A DNA stretch of 64,000 bases from a virus: IMG/VR virus record IMGVR_UViG_3300012012_001194, positions 37,504-101,503 of that record; one strand, written 5' to 3'. Under the pieces are notes generated by a model. It was given only the letters and a program-made list of their open reading frames with translations. It was not told where the DNA came from and did not search any database. Positions 8,305-18,225 of the stretch are shown here, piece after piece. Every line of letters begins with the position of its first letter. The first letter of the stretch is position 1. The translations under genes and the position numbers were made by a program.

Positions 8305-11118
8305 TTACACGTTGTTGTCGTCTAGGCTGATGCCTTCGTCAGGGTACGAATCAATAGTCTTCTGCTTGAGGAACAGTAAGAGGTCGCCGAGCTGCTCAAA
8401 GGAGTTCCTAAGGTTGTCTTCAAGCTCAGGGATGTCCTTCTTGCCGTAGCGGTCTTCAAACTTATCTTTGTGCCAATAAAAGCTAAAGAGGATACGCCCA
8501 ATCTTGTCCAGCCCGCCCATAAGGTCGCCCAAGTGACGGTCTACCATCGTGTCATCACGGACAGACTTGATTAAAGTACCAATCATAGAAGTATCAAATA
8601 CGTCCTTTTGGCCGGACTGCGCCGCTTGGTAGCCAACAGCCATGGTATTAGGGTCAGGGAGCCTAGGGTCGTATATCGCTGAGTTTGACTGCAGCGATTG
8701 GCTGCTCATAGCAGGAAGTGCTTGCTGTTGAGGATAAGTAGATTGTACGCTGCCTAGCAACGTAGACTCCATACCCGAAGGTGGAGTTGGGAATGCAGGT
8801 GCAGAGGTGGAGCCCTGCATGGATGAATCAATAGGGTCGCCGGGAGCGGCTGACTTAATTAAATCCCCTGCGTCTTCTTTGGTAGGCAAGTGAACCCTGT
8901 AGTTTACTACCTTATTTTGTTTAGCCTCTTCAAGGATGGTTCTAGCTTGCTTCTCACGGAGAGAAGCGTCACGAACCAAGTGAATAAGAGCATCTTGAGG
9001 AGCCATTATCCTGCCGTTTACAGCAACCTCAGAACCAGTGTGCCGTACATTCAAAGAGGCCGTCTTTTGATAGATAGCGTGTTGAAGGTCGGTAAGGTTG
9101 CCTGGGGTTATAGAGCCGTCGCCGCTGCAGCAGTCTCCTGACAGCTTGATTACTTTAAAGCTACCAGGGATATAAAGGTCACCTTTAATAGCTTTGATGC
9201 GTACGCCTGGCTTTTCAGTAACGTAAAGTCTACGCCCGCCACCGATCAGACGTGGGCCGTAACTGCTCATATCGCAGTCGTCGTAAGAGCGCTTGGTTAT
9301 TACCTTGGGCAAGTAATCGGGTTTAGGCTGCGAGGCACTATCGTGATACATAACTCTGTAGTTTTTTGTGCCATCTGAAGAGCCTTCTACTTTGAGAACT
9401 TCAAAAGGTACGCTAGCGTCGCCGCTTTCGCTGACAGCCATATAAACGCTGCCCTTAGCTAGCGATGAGATCTCAGGGAGCTTCTCAAAGAACTTAGCGT
9501 AGCTGTCGCCGCTGTCTTTACTTTCTGGTGCGTCTTGCCCGCCGTCACGTGGTGGGCGGGTGAATAAGTTGCCTGGATGACTATTGATCCAGTTCTTCTC
9601 GCCTGCGTAGCTAACTACGGTAGCAAAGTCCTGACGACCGGAGGGGCCGTGAGGCATTAGGAAGATAACAGTCTTGAGCATGGAGAACGGGGATATAAGA
9701 AGGTCGTAGATCCCTGTCGTAGGCGGGTTCTCTATAGAGGTCGGCTCTTGAACTCTGTAAGCGATAGCGGCATCGTCCTTAGTTCTGGCATCTCTAAAGA
9801 TGACGCCGTCAGTAAGGAGCTTCTGCTTATCTGCTTCCGAAGAGTCCATGATACCGTCTGAGCCGTTATCAGAGGAGTTGAAGCTTCTTACAATAATAGT
9901 AAGGCCTTGCTTCTCTTGCGGCCTAAGGTACACAGACTCTTCAGATAACACGCCTGGCTCAGTAAGTGTACTTAGCTTAGCTACGGCGTCCTTAATAAAG
10001 GTGCCGCCACAAGCTTTATCAATAGCCTCTGCCATCTTAGGAAACTGCTGGCAGATATCGATGAGGCCCTTGACTAGTTCTCGGTAGCTGCTTTTATTAT
10101 GGGCCGCTTCTTTATTTAAGAATGACTTCAAAGTAAGCTTATTATCGTACTTAGGATCAAGCTCCGGATTAGTGCAAGCATGTTTAGCTAGCTGCCCAAT
10201 GCCGTCGAGCATTTCTTCTCTATCATCTGACCCAGCTTTGTAGCCGGCGGGTACTCCCATGCTTGCTCCACTGTTTCCAGGGTACTGCTGTCTCATGGGC
10301 TGTTGCATAGGGCTAGGGGCTGGACGTCTAGGGCCTTGCGTTCCTGTGCCGCCTTGTCCGCCGTTATATCCTGGAGTGCTCTTTGAAGGGTCCTTTGGAT
10401 CCTTGCGGTACTCTAGACCAGTGCCTCCGTGACCGCCATTCCATCCCGCTACGGTAGCGGCGGGGTCTGGCTTAGAGCGTGTAGGTTGGGTCATCCCATA
10501 GGCTTTATTAGAGGAGAAATTATTAGGGGCTGCACTGGGGTTTGCGTTGTCTTTGATGTTGATAGGAGGGAAGGCTTGCTTAGTATGGGAGGCAAACTTA
10601 GATGGCGGACGGCTGAACGCTTGAAGGTCAGGAGTAAGGAAGCCTAAACGGCTCATGTTTTGATCAGTCTTCTTACCAAGGCTGGCAGGCTTACGGCGTA
10701 AGATGTAGTTAAGCCAGTTTTCTTTAAGCGGTACGAATTGGTCTTGGTCTTTAAGATAGAGGAGCTCATGCCCTTTAAGGTCGCCATTAATAAAGAACAC
10801 AGGAGCGTAGAGCCACTGGGTTCCTACTTTAAAACCAAACAAGCCTACTGCTTTGGTGTTATCTTCATTGCGCTCCATTAGCTCAAACCCAACTTCATAG
10901 TCGAGAAGGCCTGGCGCTTTATCTTTTAAATAAGCATGGGCAAGGTTGCTAAATGCTTGCTCAAACTGAGTGTCGTTGCCTTCGCCACCAAGCTCAGCTT
11001 GCTTGACGAAGCCATTGATAGGGGGCAGTTCGATAAGAAACTTGTTATTATTGCTCATATTCTTAACCTTCCCTGGCTTAGAAATTAACATAGAGCCATT
11101 ATGCTCTTTATTTTCCAA
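8305..11118 (-). CDS. Large hypothetical protein (probably virion-associated; start uncertain)
   Basis: 937 aa; globular blocks separated by low-complexity linkers bounded by KQA/KFAS/KTAS/KSAA. Confidence 0.75.
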   Translation of the reverse strand: MENKEHNGSMLISKPGKVKNMSNNNKFLIELPPINGFVKQAELGGEGNDTQFEQAFSNLAHAYLKDKAPGLLDYEVGFELMERNEDNTKAVGLFGFKVGTQWLYAPVFFINGDLKGHELLYLKDQDQFVPLKENWLNYILRRKPASLGKKTDQNMSRLGFLTPDLQAFSRPPSKFASHTKQAFPPINIKDNANPSAAPNNFSSNKAYGMTQPTRSKPDPAATVAGWNGGHGGTGLEYRKDPKDPSKSTPGYNGGQGGTGTQGPRRPAPSPMQQPMRQQYPGNSGASMGVPAGYKAGSDDREEMLDGIGQLAKHACTNPELDPKYDNKLTLKSFLNKEAAHNKSSYRELVKGLIDICQQFPKMAEAIDKACGGTFIKDAVAKLSTLTEPGVLSEESVYLRPQEKQGLTIIVRSFNSSDNGSDGIMDSSEADKQKLLTDGVIFRDARTKDDAAIAYRVQEPTSIENPPTTGIYDLLISPFSMLKTVIFLMPHGPSGRQDFATVVSYAGEKNWINSHPGNLFTRPPRDGGQDAPESKDSGDSYAKFFEKLPEISSLAKGSVYMAVSESGDASVPFEVLKVEGSSDGTKNYRVMYHDSASQPKPDYLPKVITKRSYDDCDMSSYGPRLIGGGRRLYVTEKPGVRIKAIKGDLYIPGSFKVIKLSGDCCSGDGSITPGNLTDLQHAIYQKTASLNVRHTGSEVAVNGRIMAPQDALIHLVRDASLREKQARTILEEAKQNKVVNYRVHLPTKEDAGDLIKSAAPGDPIDSSMQGSTSAPAFPTPPSGMESTLLGSVQSTYPQQQALPAMSSQSLQSNSAIYDPRLPDPNTMAVGYQAAQSGQKDVFDTSMIGTLIKSVRDDTMVDRHLGDLMGGLDKIGRILFSFYWHKDKFEDRYGKKDIPELEDNLRNSFEQLGDLLLFLKQKTIDSYPDEGISLDDNNV

Positions 11119-11144
11119 CTCTGCAACAATTACAGTGGCGATTA

Positions 11145-11516
11145 TTATCTAGGTCGCATATTTAATAGGTTTCGAGTCATGCTACCGCTATTCATTAGGT
11201 CGAGCATAATTCCAAACCTTGTCGCCTGGGCCATCTTAGCATAATTACCATTCGAGGTGTTAGTGGAGACGTCTCCACTATTTACCTGAGATACGGCAGC
11301 GGCCTGATTAGATACAGAAGGCAGTAGCGTAGACGGGGCCATGGCCTGCGGAAGTGTGTTTACTTGGGCTGCGGCTTGCGGAGATGGCTTACCAGCTTTA
11401 GCAGCAGAAAGGGGAGGCGTAGCGGATGAGCCGCTGCTGGCGGCAGGCTTAGGAATCGATAAGTCTTTTGGAGAAGCGGCGCCAGCAGCTGCCCATTTAT
11501 TAAGAAAATAGCTCAT
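11145..11516 (-). CDS. Low-complexity Ala/Ser/Pro-rich protein
   Basis: 123 aa, coupled to the upstream gene; contains a 20-bp copy of the palindrome. Confidence 0.6.
   Translation of the reverse strand: MSYFLNKWAAAGAASPKDLSIPKPAASSGSSATPPLSAAKAGKPSPQAAAQVNTLPQAMAPSTLLPSVSNQAAAVSQVNSGDVSTNTSNGNYAKMAQATRFGIMLDLMNSGSMTRNLLNMRPR
11261..11280. repeat. Dispersed palindrome copy 2 (20 bp, TAGTGGAGACGTCTCCACTA)
   Basis: Inside the 123-aa ORF, read as SGDVST. Confidence 0.95.
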
Positions 11517-13435
11517 TAAAGTACCCCTTTGTCTTCTTTCATGTCTAAGACACCGTTGTCCATTTGCTTAGTGTTATACCCTTTTACTGGGCCTTTGCGT
11601 CCAAAGTCAACAGCCTTAGCTAGAGAAGGAACATAGGAAGTACTTTGCTCATCACTTATAGCCCCACGATGCACAGCTTGCAGAGTCGACTTTTTAAGGT
11701 TACTACCAAGCATGCGAGTCATCCAGTCGGGGTCATGCTGAAGGTTTTCTAGCCCACGGACAAAGTGAGGCTCAAAAGGAGCGGGCTTATTATGGACGGT
11801 AACCTTACCGACGCCGAAGTCATTAAAGTCATTAATCATCGAAGGCTTAATCTTAGTACCTATGGTGTAGTGCAGAACTGGCTGCTCTAAATAATTACCT
11901 ACTGATTCACTAGGGGTTACTATTCTATGTCCCTCTCTAGGTTCCCAGTCGTGCTCCACTGAGTCATAGGGGACAACATCATCTGGGGCAAATTGTTTGT
12001 ACTCATCCGTAAGCTTAATGTGATTAATAAGCCCTTTCGACATAACCTCAATATTACGACGATTACCGCCCATGCCGGCGTTTCTCATAGCACCTTTGAA
12101 AGCTTGAACAAACTGCCTGCGCCCTTCGCCTATGCCTTTGAACTTAGTCAACTGAGCAGGGTTTGCTATGCCGTCAGAAAGGGTGTCGCCAGCCTCTACT
12201 GTATCGTTGAGCTTTACAGATACTGCGGCTTCAGGGTTAACATAGTGGTCTACCCCGTTGATAGCTACAAAATACCCGCCGGTTGCTGCTGGCTTAATGC
12301 CTGTAACCTTTCCATCTGTCTGTGCGTGGGCGGCCCAGTAAGGAGACTGCTTAGGCGCCTGCACCAATTGATTTAAATGTTTAAACCCTGATACGGCTCC
12401 TGCGGCTCCGGCTACGCCACCAGTATGCTTTGAGCTCAGCTGCCCTTGGGAGATTGGCTCCGAAAGCGCTTGCATCGCAGCAATACCTACAGAGTCTCCA
12501 ATAGGAGCAAAGCCTCCCCGCTCTCTTATTCCTAAGTCTCTAGAGTAAAGTCCGCCATCGGGAGCGCCCATGGCTATTGGACTACGAACTAGAAGCCGTT
12601 TAAGGTTCTTAGACTTTAAATCTTTAAGTATTCTTGGAGTTAAGACGGTGTTTCTGCCATACCCTCCAGCCGGCATAGCTAGAAGAGCGCCCTCGTTATC
12701 ATCATCCTCGATGTCTACAGGAAGCCCGCGGTTTTCAGACCTCGTAGGATCCTCAGCGTCGTCGCCTACCACGATCATCCTATGGCCGATTTGATTAAGC
12801 TGCTTTGAGAAGAACCCAGCGTCCATGGTGGCGAACTTGGTATCCGCAACCCCTTTACGAGCTCCGAAAGCTCCAGCAAAGTATTCTGCAGGGTTAAGAC
12901 CTTTAGAATAGGAGCTGAATACCGGAATAGGTATTGGGTTGTCGTGGTGGTCTGTGTAAAGTAAGTCACCGCCCCTTAAGCTTTTAAGGTTCATCGGCTT
13001 ACCACGGGACCCAGACTGAATCTGTCTAGCTAGCTGATTATTCTCCCTGACGGAGTCATCGAATATACCCTTCTCCATGTCCTTCTGAGAGTTGTTCAGC
13101 AAGTCGATCATTTGGTTGTTTTTACCGGTCTCGTCGTTCTGAGGGTCAGCCATAATGCTGGCTATGGCGGTTCTAAGCTTAGCCTTTGCATCCATAGAGT
13201 ACTTAGACTCTCTGAGATCTTTAAGGCCGAACGAGAACCCACCGCTGCCATAAGCCACATCTCTACCAATGTCGTAGAGCTTCTTTGACACTTCTTTGTA
13301 CTTATCAGGGTGCTGCTCCGCTATGGTCTGCATGAGCGCTGCAGAGGACTTAGAATCTAAAGTTCTAGAGTAGTCCTTAAGTTCATTAGGGAGGGCGTCG
13401 TTAACCATGATCTGACCGATGGTGGTCCTAAGCAT
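11516..13435 (-). CDS. DNA-directed RNA polymerase, beta' C-terminal half
   Basis: RTTIGQ, SGSRG, GLNPAEYF..GARKGVADT...AGFFSKQL (bridge helix), GDSVGIAAMQALSEPISQGQLSSKHTGG (trigger loop), all matching RpoC motifs. Confidence 0.92.
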   Translation of the reverse strand: MLRTTIGQIMVNDALPNELKDYSRTLDSKSSAALMQTIAEQHPDKYKEVSKKLYDIGRDVAYGSGGFSFGLKDLRESKYSMDAKAKLRTAIASIMADPQNDETGKNNQMIDLLNNSQKDMEKGIFDDSVRENNQLARQIQSGSRGKPMNLKSLRGGDLLYTDHHDNPIPIPVFSSYSKGLNPAEYFAGAFGARKGVADTKFATMDAGFFSKQLNQIGHRMIVVGDDAEDPTRSENRGLPVDIEDDDNEGALLAMPAGGYGRNTVLTPRILKDLKSKNLKRLLVRSPIAMGAPDGGLYSRDLGIRERGGFAPIGDSVGIAAMQALSEPISQGQLSSKHTGGVAGAAGAVSGFKHLNQLVQAPKQSPYWAAHAQTDGKVTGIKPAATGGYFVAINGVDHYVNPEAAVSVKLNDTVEAGDTLSDGIANPAQLTKFKGIGEGRRQFVQAFKGAMRNAGMGGNRRNIEVMSKGLINHIKLTDEYKQFAPDDVVPYDSVEHDWEPREGHRIVTPSESVGNYLEQPVLHYTIGTKIKPSMINDFNDFGVGKVTVHNKPAPFEPHFVRGLENLQHDPDWMTRMLGSNLKKSTLQAVHRGAISDEQSTSYVPSLAKAVDFGRKGPVKGYNTKQMDNGVLDMKEDKGVL

Positions 13436-13437
13436 GA

Positions 13438-13656
13438 TTAGCCTCCAATAGTGAGCTTCTTAATGATAGGTGGTGTAATTCCATATTGTTTAAGGACACT
13501 TGCAAAATCAGCATCACCTGCTGTATAGCAGGTGATTGTGTTATCAAGGTTATCAAAGAACAAAGCGATCGGGTTATTAAAGCTGTCATAAATGACTAAC
13601 CTTGTCGCCTTCGTTATAGGGCCCGCATTAAACGAGTCATGATAATCAAGAAGCAT
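13438..13656 (-). CDS. Hypothetical protein
   Basis: 72 aa, tightly packed between its neighbours. Confidence 0.6.
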   Translation of the reverse strand: MLLDYHDSFNAGPITKATRLVIYDSFNNPIALFFDNLDNTITCYTAGDADFASVLKQYGITPPIIKKLTIGG

Positions 13657-14329
13657 TTCTTCTGTTCTTTCTTAATAAGTGAAGGATGCCTGCAGCCTTC
13701 TCACTAACGCTAAAGTTATCAGCAGCTGTCTTGATTGGTGCAGCACCTTGGTCAGGTGAAGGAGCGCCGCCTTGGTCCTGTTTCTGGCCGTCTGCACCTT
13801 GCTGGCCTTTAGGGTCATCAAGGATATCATGAGGCAAGTTAAGCCCGAGGGATGAGTAAAGATGGGTCATGAGCTTTTGAATACGGTGCATGTACACCTC
13901 AGTCTGAGCTCCGTCATTCTTCTTTACAGCACCTTTACCGCCGCCTTTTGCTTCAGCCATAGCTCGTTGCATTTCGTCTTTTACAACTGACCTAATTTGC
14001 TCTGTAGGGTCAGGAGGAGGAGGAGGGGCACCGCCCATCATGGAAGGATCCATAGGGGGAGCACCACCGGCCATAGCAGGGTCCATAGGAGGAGCACCGC
14101 CAGCCATAGCAGGATCCATAGGAGGAGCACCACCGGCCATAGCAGGATCCATAGGAGGAGCACCACCGGCCATGGCGGGATCCATTGGAGGAGCGCCTTG
14201 TGGAGGGGCGCCGCCCATAGAAGGGTCCATTGGAGGAGCTCCTGGAGGAGCGCCTGCACCCTCTGGAGGCATGAAGGCTCGCTTAACATTGAGTTGTGCC
14301 TGCTTCAAAAGATACTTGTTGATAGCCAT
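13646..14329 (-). CDS. Hypothetical protein with MDPAMAGGAPP repeats
   Basis: 227 aa; KQA/KRA at the N-terminus; tandem 11-aa repeat. Confidence 0.7.
   Translation of the reverse strand: MAINKYLLKQAQLNVKRAFMPPEGAGAPPGAPPMDPSMGGAPPQGAPPMDPAMAGGAPPMDPAMAGGAPPMDPAMAGGAPPMDPAMAGGAPPMDPSMMGGAPPPPPDPTEQIRSVVKDEMQRAMAEAKGGGKGAVKKNDGAQTEVYMHRIQKLMTHLYSSLGLNLPHDILDDPKGQQGADGQKQDQGGAPSPDQGAAPIKTAADNFSVSEKAAGILHLLRKNRRNAS
14045..14197. repeat. 33-bp coding tandem repeat (about 4.5 units)
   Basis: Units resembling AGGATCCATAGGAGGAGCACCACCGGCCATAGC, with synonymous variation. Confidence 0.9.
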
Positions 14330-14378
14330 GTTAATTACCCTTCTTATATGTTTAAAACGTTAATTGCCGTTATCGTCA

Positions 14379-15875
14379 TCAATCCTTGGAATAATCTGGA
14401 TACTCGTCAACAATCTGCATGTTTGGCTTTGATACAGTACTTGACTCCATTAAGCCGCCTAGTAAATCATTAGCCATGCTCGCTGGCAATCGTTTTCCTT
14501 CGCCCGCAGAGGTGCTAGGGGACAAGTACGTACTCCTGTCAACGCCTGTATTACCCATCCCCTTTCTAATCGCCATCTCATTAACCCCAGCGCCACCTAA
14601 GCCGCCGATAGCGCCACCAGCAAGAGCACCACGGCCAAGTCGACCAAGAATACCTACGCCTTTCTTTCGTTTACCAAACATAGCGTTACCTACGCCGCCT
14701 ATTGCAGCGCCTGCGCCGCCACCTAGGATAGCCGCCTGAGCTGTAGGGTCAAGACCTTTATAAGCATCTAAAGCCTGAGCTCCCATGCCCTTAAGGCTTT
14801 CTAAAAAAGCTCGCTTGTGCATGGTTCCGTTTTGATGACCAAGGCGAGCGGCAAAGGCTGCCGACTTGTTCACCTTTTTACCCTTTTTTTTGTTATTATC
14901 ACTTATGAACTTTCTCATCTCCCCGTGGGCTCCCTTGAACTCATTAGGAACATCATCAGTCAAGTCGTCATAGTCTTTTAAGTCGTCTGATGCGCCCTTT
15001 TCAAGTTGCGATCTTAAGCGCTGGTTACGAACGGCTGCGTCGTATCCTTCAAATCCGCCGCCTAGTAAAGATATAAGAGCCCCCGCTCCGGATCCAGCTC
15101 CTAAACCGCCTGCTAAGGATGCAGCAGCCATAGGTTCTGCGACCCCGGCAGCGCCTAGCATACCTACGCCCTGCCCCATTCGTCCAAATAACTCGCCCAC
15201 AGCGCCTGTAGTCCTGCCGACGTTACCCTCTTGGTAACGAGGCGAGCGGCCAGCTAATTGCTCTAAAGCGTCAACAGATCCGGCTCGATGAAATCCCCCC
15301 GCAGGCAGCAGGGCTCCCCACCTACTTAAATGCGGGTCTGCCGCAGCTAGATCCATAGTTTGGCCTTCAGCTTTAGCTTTATTATATTCGTCCCTAATTG
15401 TAGCGATCTGGCTAGCTCTGGCTGCATTATTTCCTAGGGCTCCGAGTGTTGCACCAATGCCAGTCCCAAGCATGGCACCTCTAGGGCCATTAGCGAATCC
15501 ACCTATGGTGGCGCCTCCAGCGGCGCCTAAAAGCGAAGTCAATACCCTTGCAGTATTTGGATTGGTTATGTTAAAAGCCGGGCTGTTACCCATGGCTTTA
15601 GATAATGTCGTGGCTTTACCTGCCCTAGCATCTGAGTACGGTAATCCCAGAACGTCACCAGCGGTGGCCCAGCGGCTGCCACTTAAAAGTTCATCATCAG
15701 GGCCGCCATACCCCTTGGGCGCTGCTTTAGGAGGGCCTCCAGCAGGCTTAGGCTTATTAGGTTCATAGGAGTATTTAGGCTTTTTCTTATCAGGAGCATC
15801 AGCCTCTTCCGCTTGCTTGTATAATTGCTCTAATGCTAACTTAAGTTCGGCGGCTTGGGCTGTAACACTATTCAT
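14379..15875 (-). CDS. Glycine-zipper membrane-type protein
   Basis: 498 aa, multiple GxxxG segments; modules separated by KQA/KGAS/KSAAF/KRAF. Confidence 0.7.
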   Translation of the reverse strand: MNSVTAQAAELKLALEQLYKQAEEADAPDKKKPKYSYEPNKPKPAGGPPKAAPKGYGGPDDELLSGSRWATAGDVLGLPYSDARAGKATTLSKAMGNSPAFNITNPNTARVLTSLLGAAGGATIGGFANGPRGAMLGTGIGATLGALGNNAARASQIATIRDEYNKAKAEGQTMDLAAADPHLSRWGALLPAGGFHRAGSVDALEQLAGRSPRYQEGNVGRTTGAVGELFGRMGQGVGMLGAAGVAEPMAAASLAGGLGAGSGAGALISLLGGGFEGYDAAVRNQRLRSQLEKGASDDLKDYDDLTDDVPNEFKGAHGEMRKFISDNNKKKGKKVNKSAAFAARLGHQNGTMHKRAFLESLKGMGAQALDAYKGLDPTAQAAILGGGAGAAIGGVGNAMFGKRKKGVGILGRLGRGALAGGAIGGLGGAGVNEMAIRKGMGNTGVDRSTYLSPSTSAGEGKRLPASMANDLLGGLMESSTVSKPNMQIVDEYPDYSKD

Positions 15876-15960
15876 ATCAACACTCCATGTTAAAAATGAG
15901 CAACTTAAACTCTATTGGAACAGTTTAAACTACATAATACAACGGCGCTACTGCAAACGA

Positions 15961-16599
15961 TTAGTCAAGAAGTAGTGGAGAAGCCTTCCTAAGCAGCTCG
16001 GGACGAAGCAACCCGTAGTCCCTTAGAAGCTTTGAAGTTCCTAAGAGGTTTTCATTGTGCCTGCCTGCACTGTAGTATCCGGCAGCTCCGCCAGCAGCAG
16101 CTGGCGCCAAGGTCGCCATGATTGAAGTAGATAGGGGCTGGCCCGTCAGCTTGCTAGCGGCTAAGCCACCAAGACCGCCGATCCCTGCATACCCTAGCGC
16201 TCTAAGCGTTGGGTTAGCCTTATGACTCTTAAAGTCATACTTCTCACTAGGATCGTTCTTTAATTTGTTGATGATGTTCTCAAAGCCAGGCCGGCCTAAG
16301 CCATAACCACTAAGATCGTCATCAGTAGGTTGAACCATGCTCTTGGCTTGGTCCAGCATAGATATAGCCATAGGCATACGGTCAGGACCGGGCTGCATGA
16401 AGTCCTTAAGGTTCATATTGCGAGCGGACTTCTCAGACGTTAGCTTGCTCCAGTTCTTCTTATCTGGGTAGGCTTCGCTTCCTGGCTTGGCGGGAGTTCC
16501 GCCTCTTTTCTTTTTTGCTTGAATGTTAGCCCACAACCCAGGGTTGCTCTCAGATGCTGATGATTTAAAGAACAAGCTATGTAATCCCTGTAAGCTCAT
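15961..16599 (-). CDS. Hypothetical modular protein (basic GLWANIQAK micro-domain plus glycine zipper)
   Basis: Likely start MSLQGLHSLFFKSS at 16599, after AAGGAG. Confidence 0.65.
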   Translation of the reverse strand: MSLQGLHSLFFKSSASESNPGLWANIQAKKKRGGTPAKPGSEAYPDKKNWSKLTSEKSARNMNLKDFMQPGPDRMPMAISMLDQAKSMVQPTDDDLSGYGLGRPGFENIINKLKNDPSEKYDFKSHKANPTLRALGYAGIGGLGGLAASKLTGQPLSTSIMATLAPAAAGGAAGYYSAGRHNENLLGTSKLLRDYGLLRPELLRKASPLLLD

Positions 16600-16729
16600 G
16601 ATCGGCTCCTTAGATAATAACCCAGCTGAAAAAGCCTCGTCGCTCTGACACACTTCCGCTTCGAGCAACGATTAGTCCCAGGAAAGTGCTAAAACAGGCC
16701 CTAGCCTTTCCAGCCAAGTACACATAATA

Positions 16730-18223
16730 TTACTCTTTACTTCCAATTTGTTTAAGCAAATTAAGGAATTGCTCATTTAATTCCTGCTTTCTATTAGCGG
16801 CAGAAATCAAATAGTCATCCGTAGCTGGTACTGGATCTGCTCCAACACCCACATATCTCAACATAGATCTTAGCCTACCGGGGGCTGTCCTAGCTATGTA
16901 TCTTTCTATTTGAACCTTCCTATCTTCTATAGGGAGGTGCTCATGGCTATCAAAGCGCAAAGCCCTTCCTTCACTCTGACTACTCCTAGCAGTGTTCCAA
17001 TGCGGGTCTAATAGCTGAACTAGCTTAGTTCCCTTAAAGGAAAGACCCTCAGTTCCAGACGGGCCTAAGAGCGCAACCTTAAGCTTGTCGGTATTGTAGT
17101 CGTCTACTAAGCGCTTACGCTCTTTATCAGATAGGGCGCCCGTGAAAGAGGCAGCTGGAATGCCAGCTCGGTCTAGCGCCGCTTGATAAGGGGAAAGCCC
17201 AGCATCAATGAAGTTGGAGAAGATCAGGGCTTTGCCCTTGGGGTCTTTATCCAAGAGCCCTTTAAGATTACTAAAGGCAGTGGTCAGCTTGGGCGAGTCA
17301 TCAAATGCCTTTTGGACATCTTTGTTACCCTTCATAAATGGAAGAGTAGAAAGACCTACCTGTCTCAGCCCCGTCATGAAGCTGGTCATTCGGCTGACCT
17401 CTTCCTGCGTCAGCGGGTAATTCATCTTGAGCTTCCATCGAAGCGCAGCAGGAAGCTGCCCCATCATGTAGCTGTTAAGGTCGGTCTGGTTTTGGCTCAT
17501 CTCTACGACGACGTCTTTGCGGTTAATCTCAGCTTTGGGAGCCAGAGGTGCAAAGTAATCCACCTTCCCTTGAAGCTTGTTTTTAAGCTGATCTTGGTTG
17601 ATGATCGATGGCTCGCCGGGAGCCCCGTTGAAGATGCGCTTGTACCACGGCTGCTTGGGAGCCTCATCCATGTACATGTTACCGAACTCTTCAGGGCTCA
17701 TGTCCTCGCCAGTGAGGATGTTATAAGGCACTGTGAAGTCGCTTGGGTCGTTAACTACTGGTGTGCCCGTGAGAAGCACCACCTGCCTAGCCTTTCTAGC
17801 AGCTTCTACTAGGTTCTTGGCTTGAGCCGAGTTTGGATTACGGAAGCGATGAGCCTCATCTACTAAGAGGGAGCCTGGGTTCTCAATCGTACGGCCAAGC
17901 GCTACTCCGGTGTGGCTCATGATGCTACTTGGCGTAGCAGTTGGTTGATCAATAAACTTTTCCTGCTCCTTACGTAAGTTGTTACGTAGAGAAGCTGGAA
18001 CTACAGCGGTGTAAGGTATTTTTGACTCGTCTGCTGCAGCTAAGCCGCTTAGTGTTTTTCCAGACCCAAGGCTGTGATAAAGCAACATACGAGCTTTGCC
18101 AGCTGTGTCTAACTGTTTCTGTACCTTATCTACTACTCCCTGCTGGTGCGGCTGCAGCGAGATATTAGGATTAAGGTCAGCCTGTTTTGTGGAGACGTCT
18201 CCACTAATGTAGTCTTGGGTCAC
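16730..18223 (-). CDS. SNF2-family (SF2) helicase/ATPase
   Basis: Q-motif LQPHQ, Walker A HSLGSGKT, DEAH, LLTGTP, EGLS, QSEGRALR. Confidence 0.9.
   Translation of the reverse strand: MTQDYISGDVSTKQADLNPNISLQPHQQGVVDKVQKQLDTAGKARMLLYHSLGSGKTLSGLAAADESKIPYTAVVPASLRNNLRKEQEKFIDQPTATPSSIMSHTGVALGRTIENPGSLLVDEAHRFRNPNSAQAKNLVEAARKARQVVLLTGTPVVNDPSDFTVPYNILTGEDMSPEEFGNMYMDEAPKQPWYKRIFNGAPGEPSIINQDQLKNKLQGKVDYFAPLAPKAEINRKDVVVEMSQNQTDLNSYMMGQLPAALRWKLKMNYPLTQEEVSRMTSFMTGLRQVGLSTLPFMKGNKDVQKAFDDSPKLTTAFSNLKGLLDKDPKGKALIFSNFIDAGLSPYQAALDRAGIPAASFTGALSDKERKRLVDDYNTDKLKVALLGPSGTEGLSFKGTKLVQLLDPHWNTARSSQSEGRALRFDSHEHLPIEDRKVQIERYIARTAPGRLRSMLRYVGVGADPVPATDDYLISAANRKQELNEQFLNLLKQIGSKE
18189..18204. repeat. 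Dispersed palindrome copy 3 (16 bp)
   Basis: 5' end of the SNF2 gene. Confidence 0.95.
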
Positions 18224-18225
18224 GG

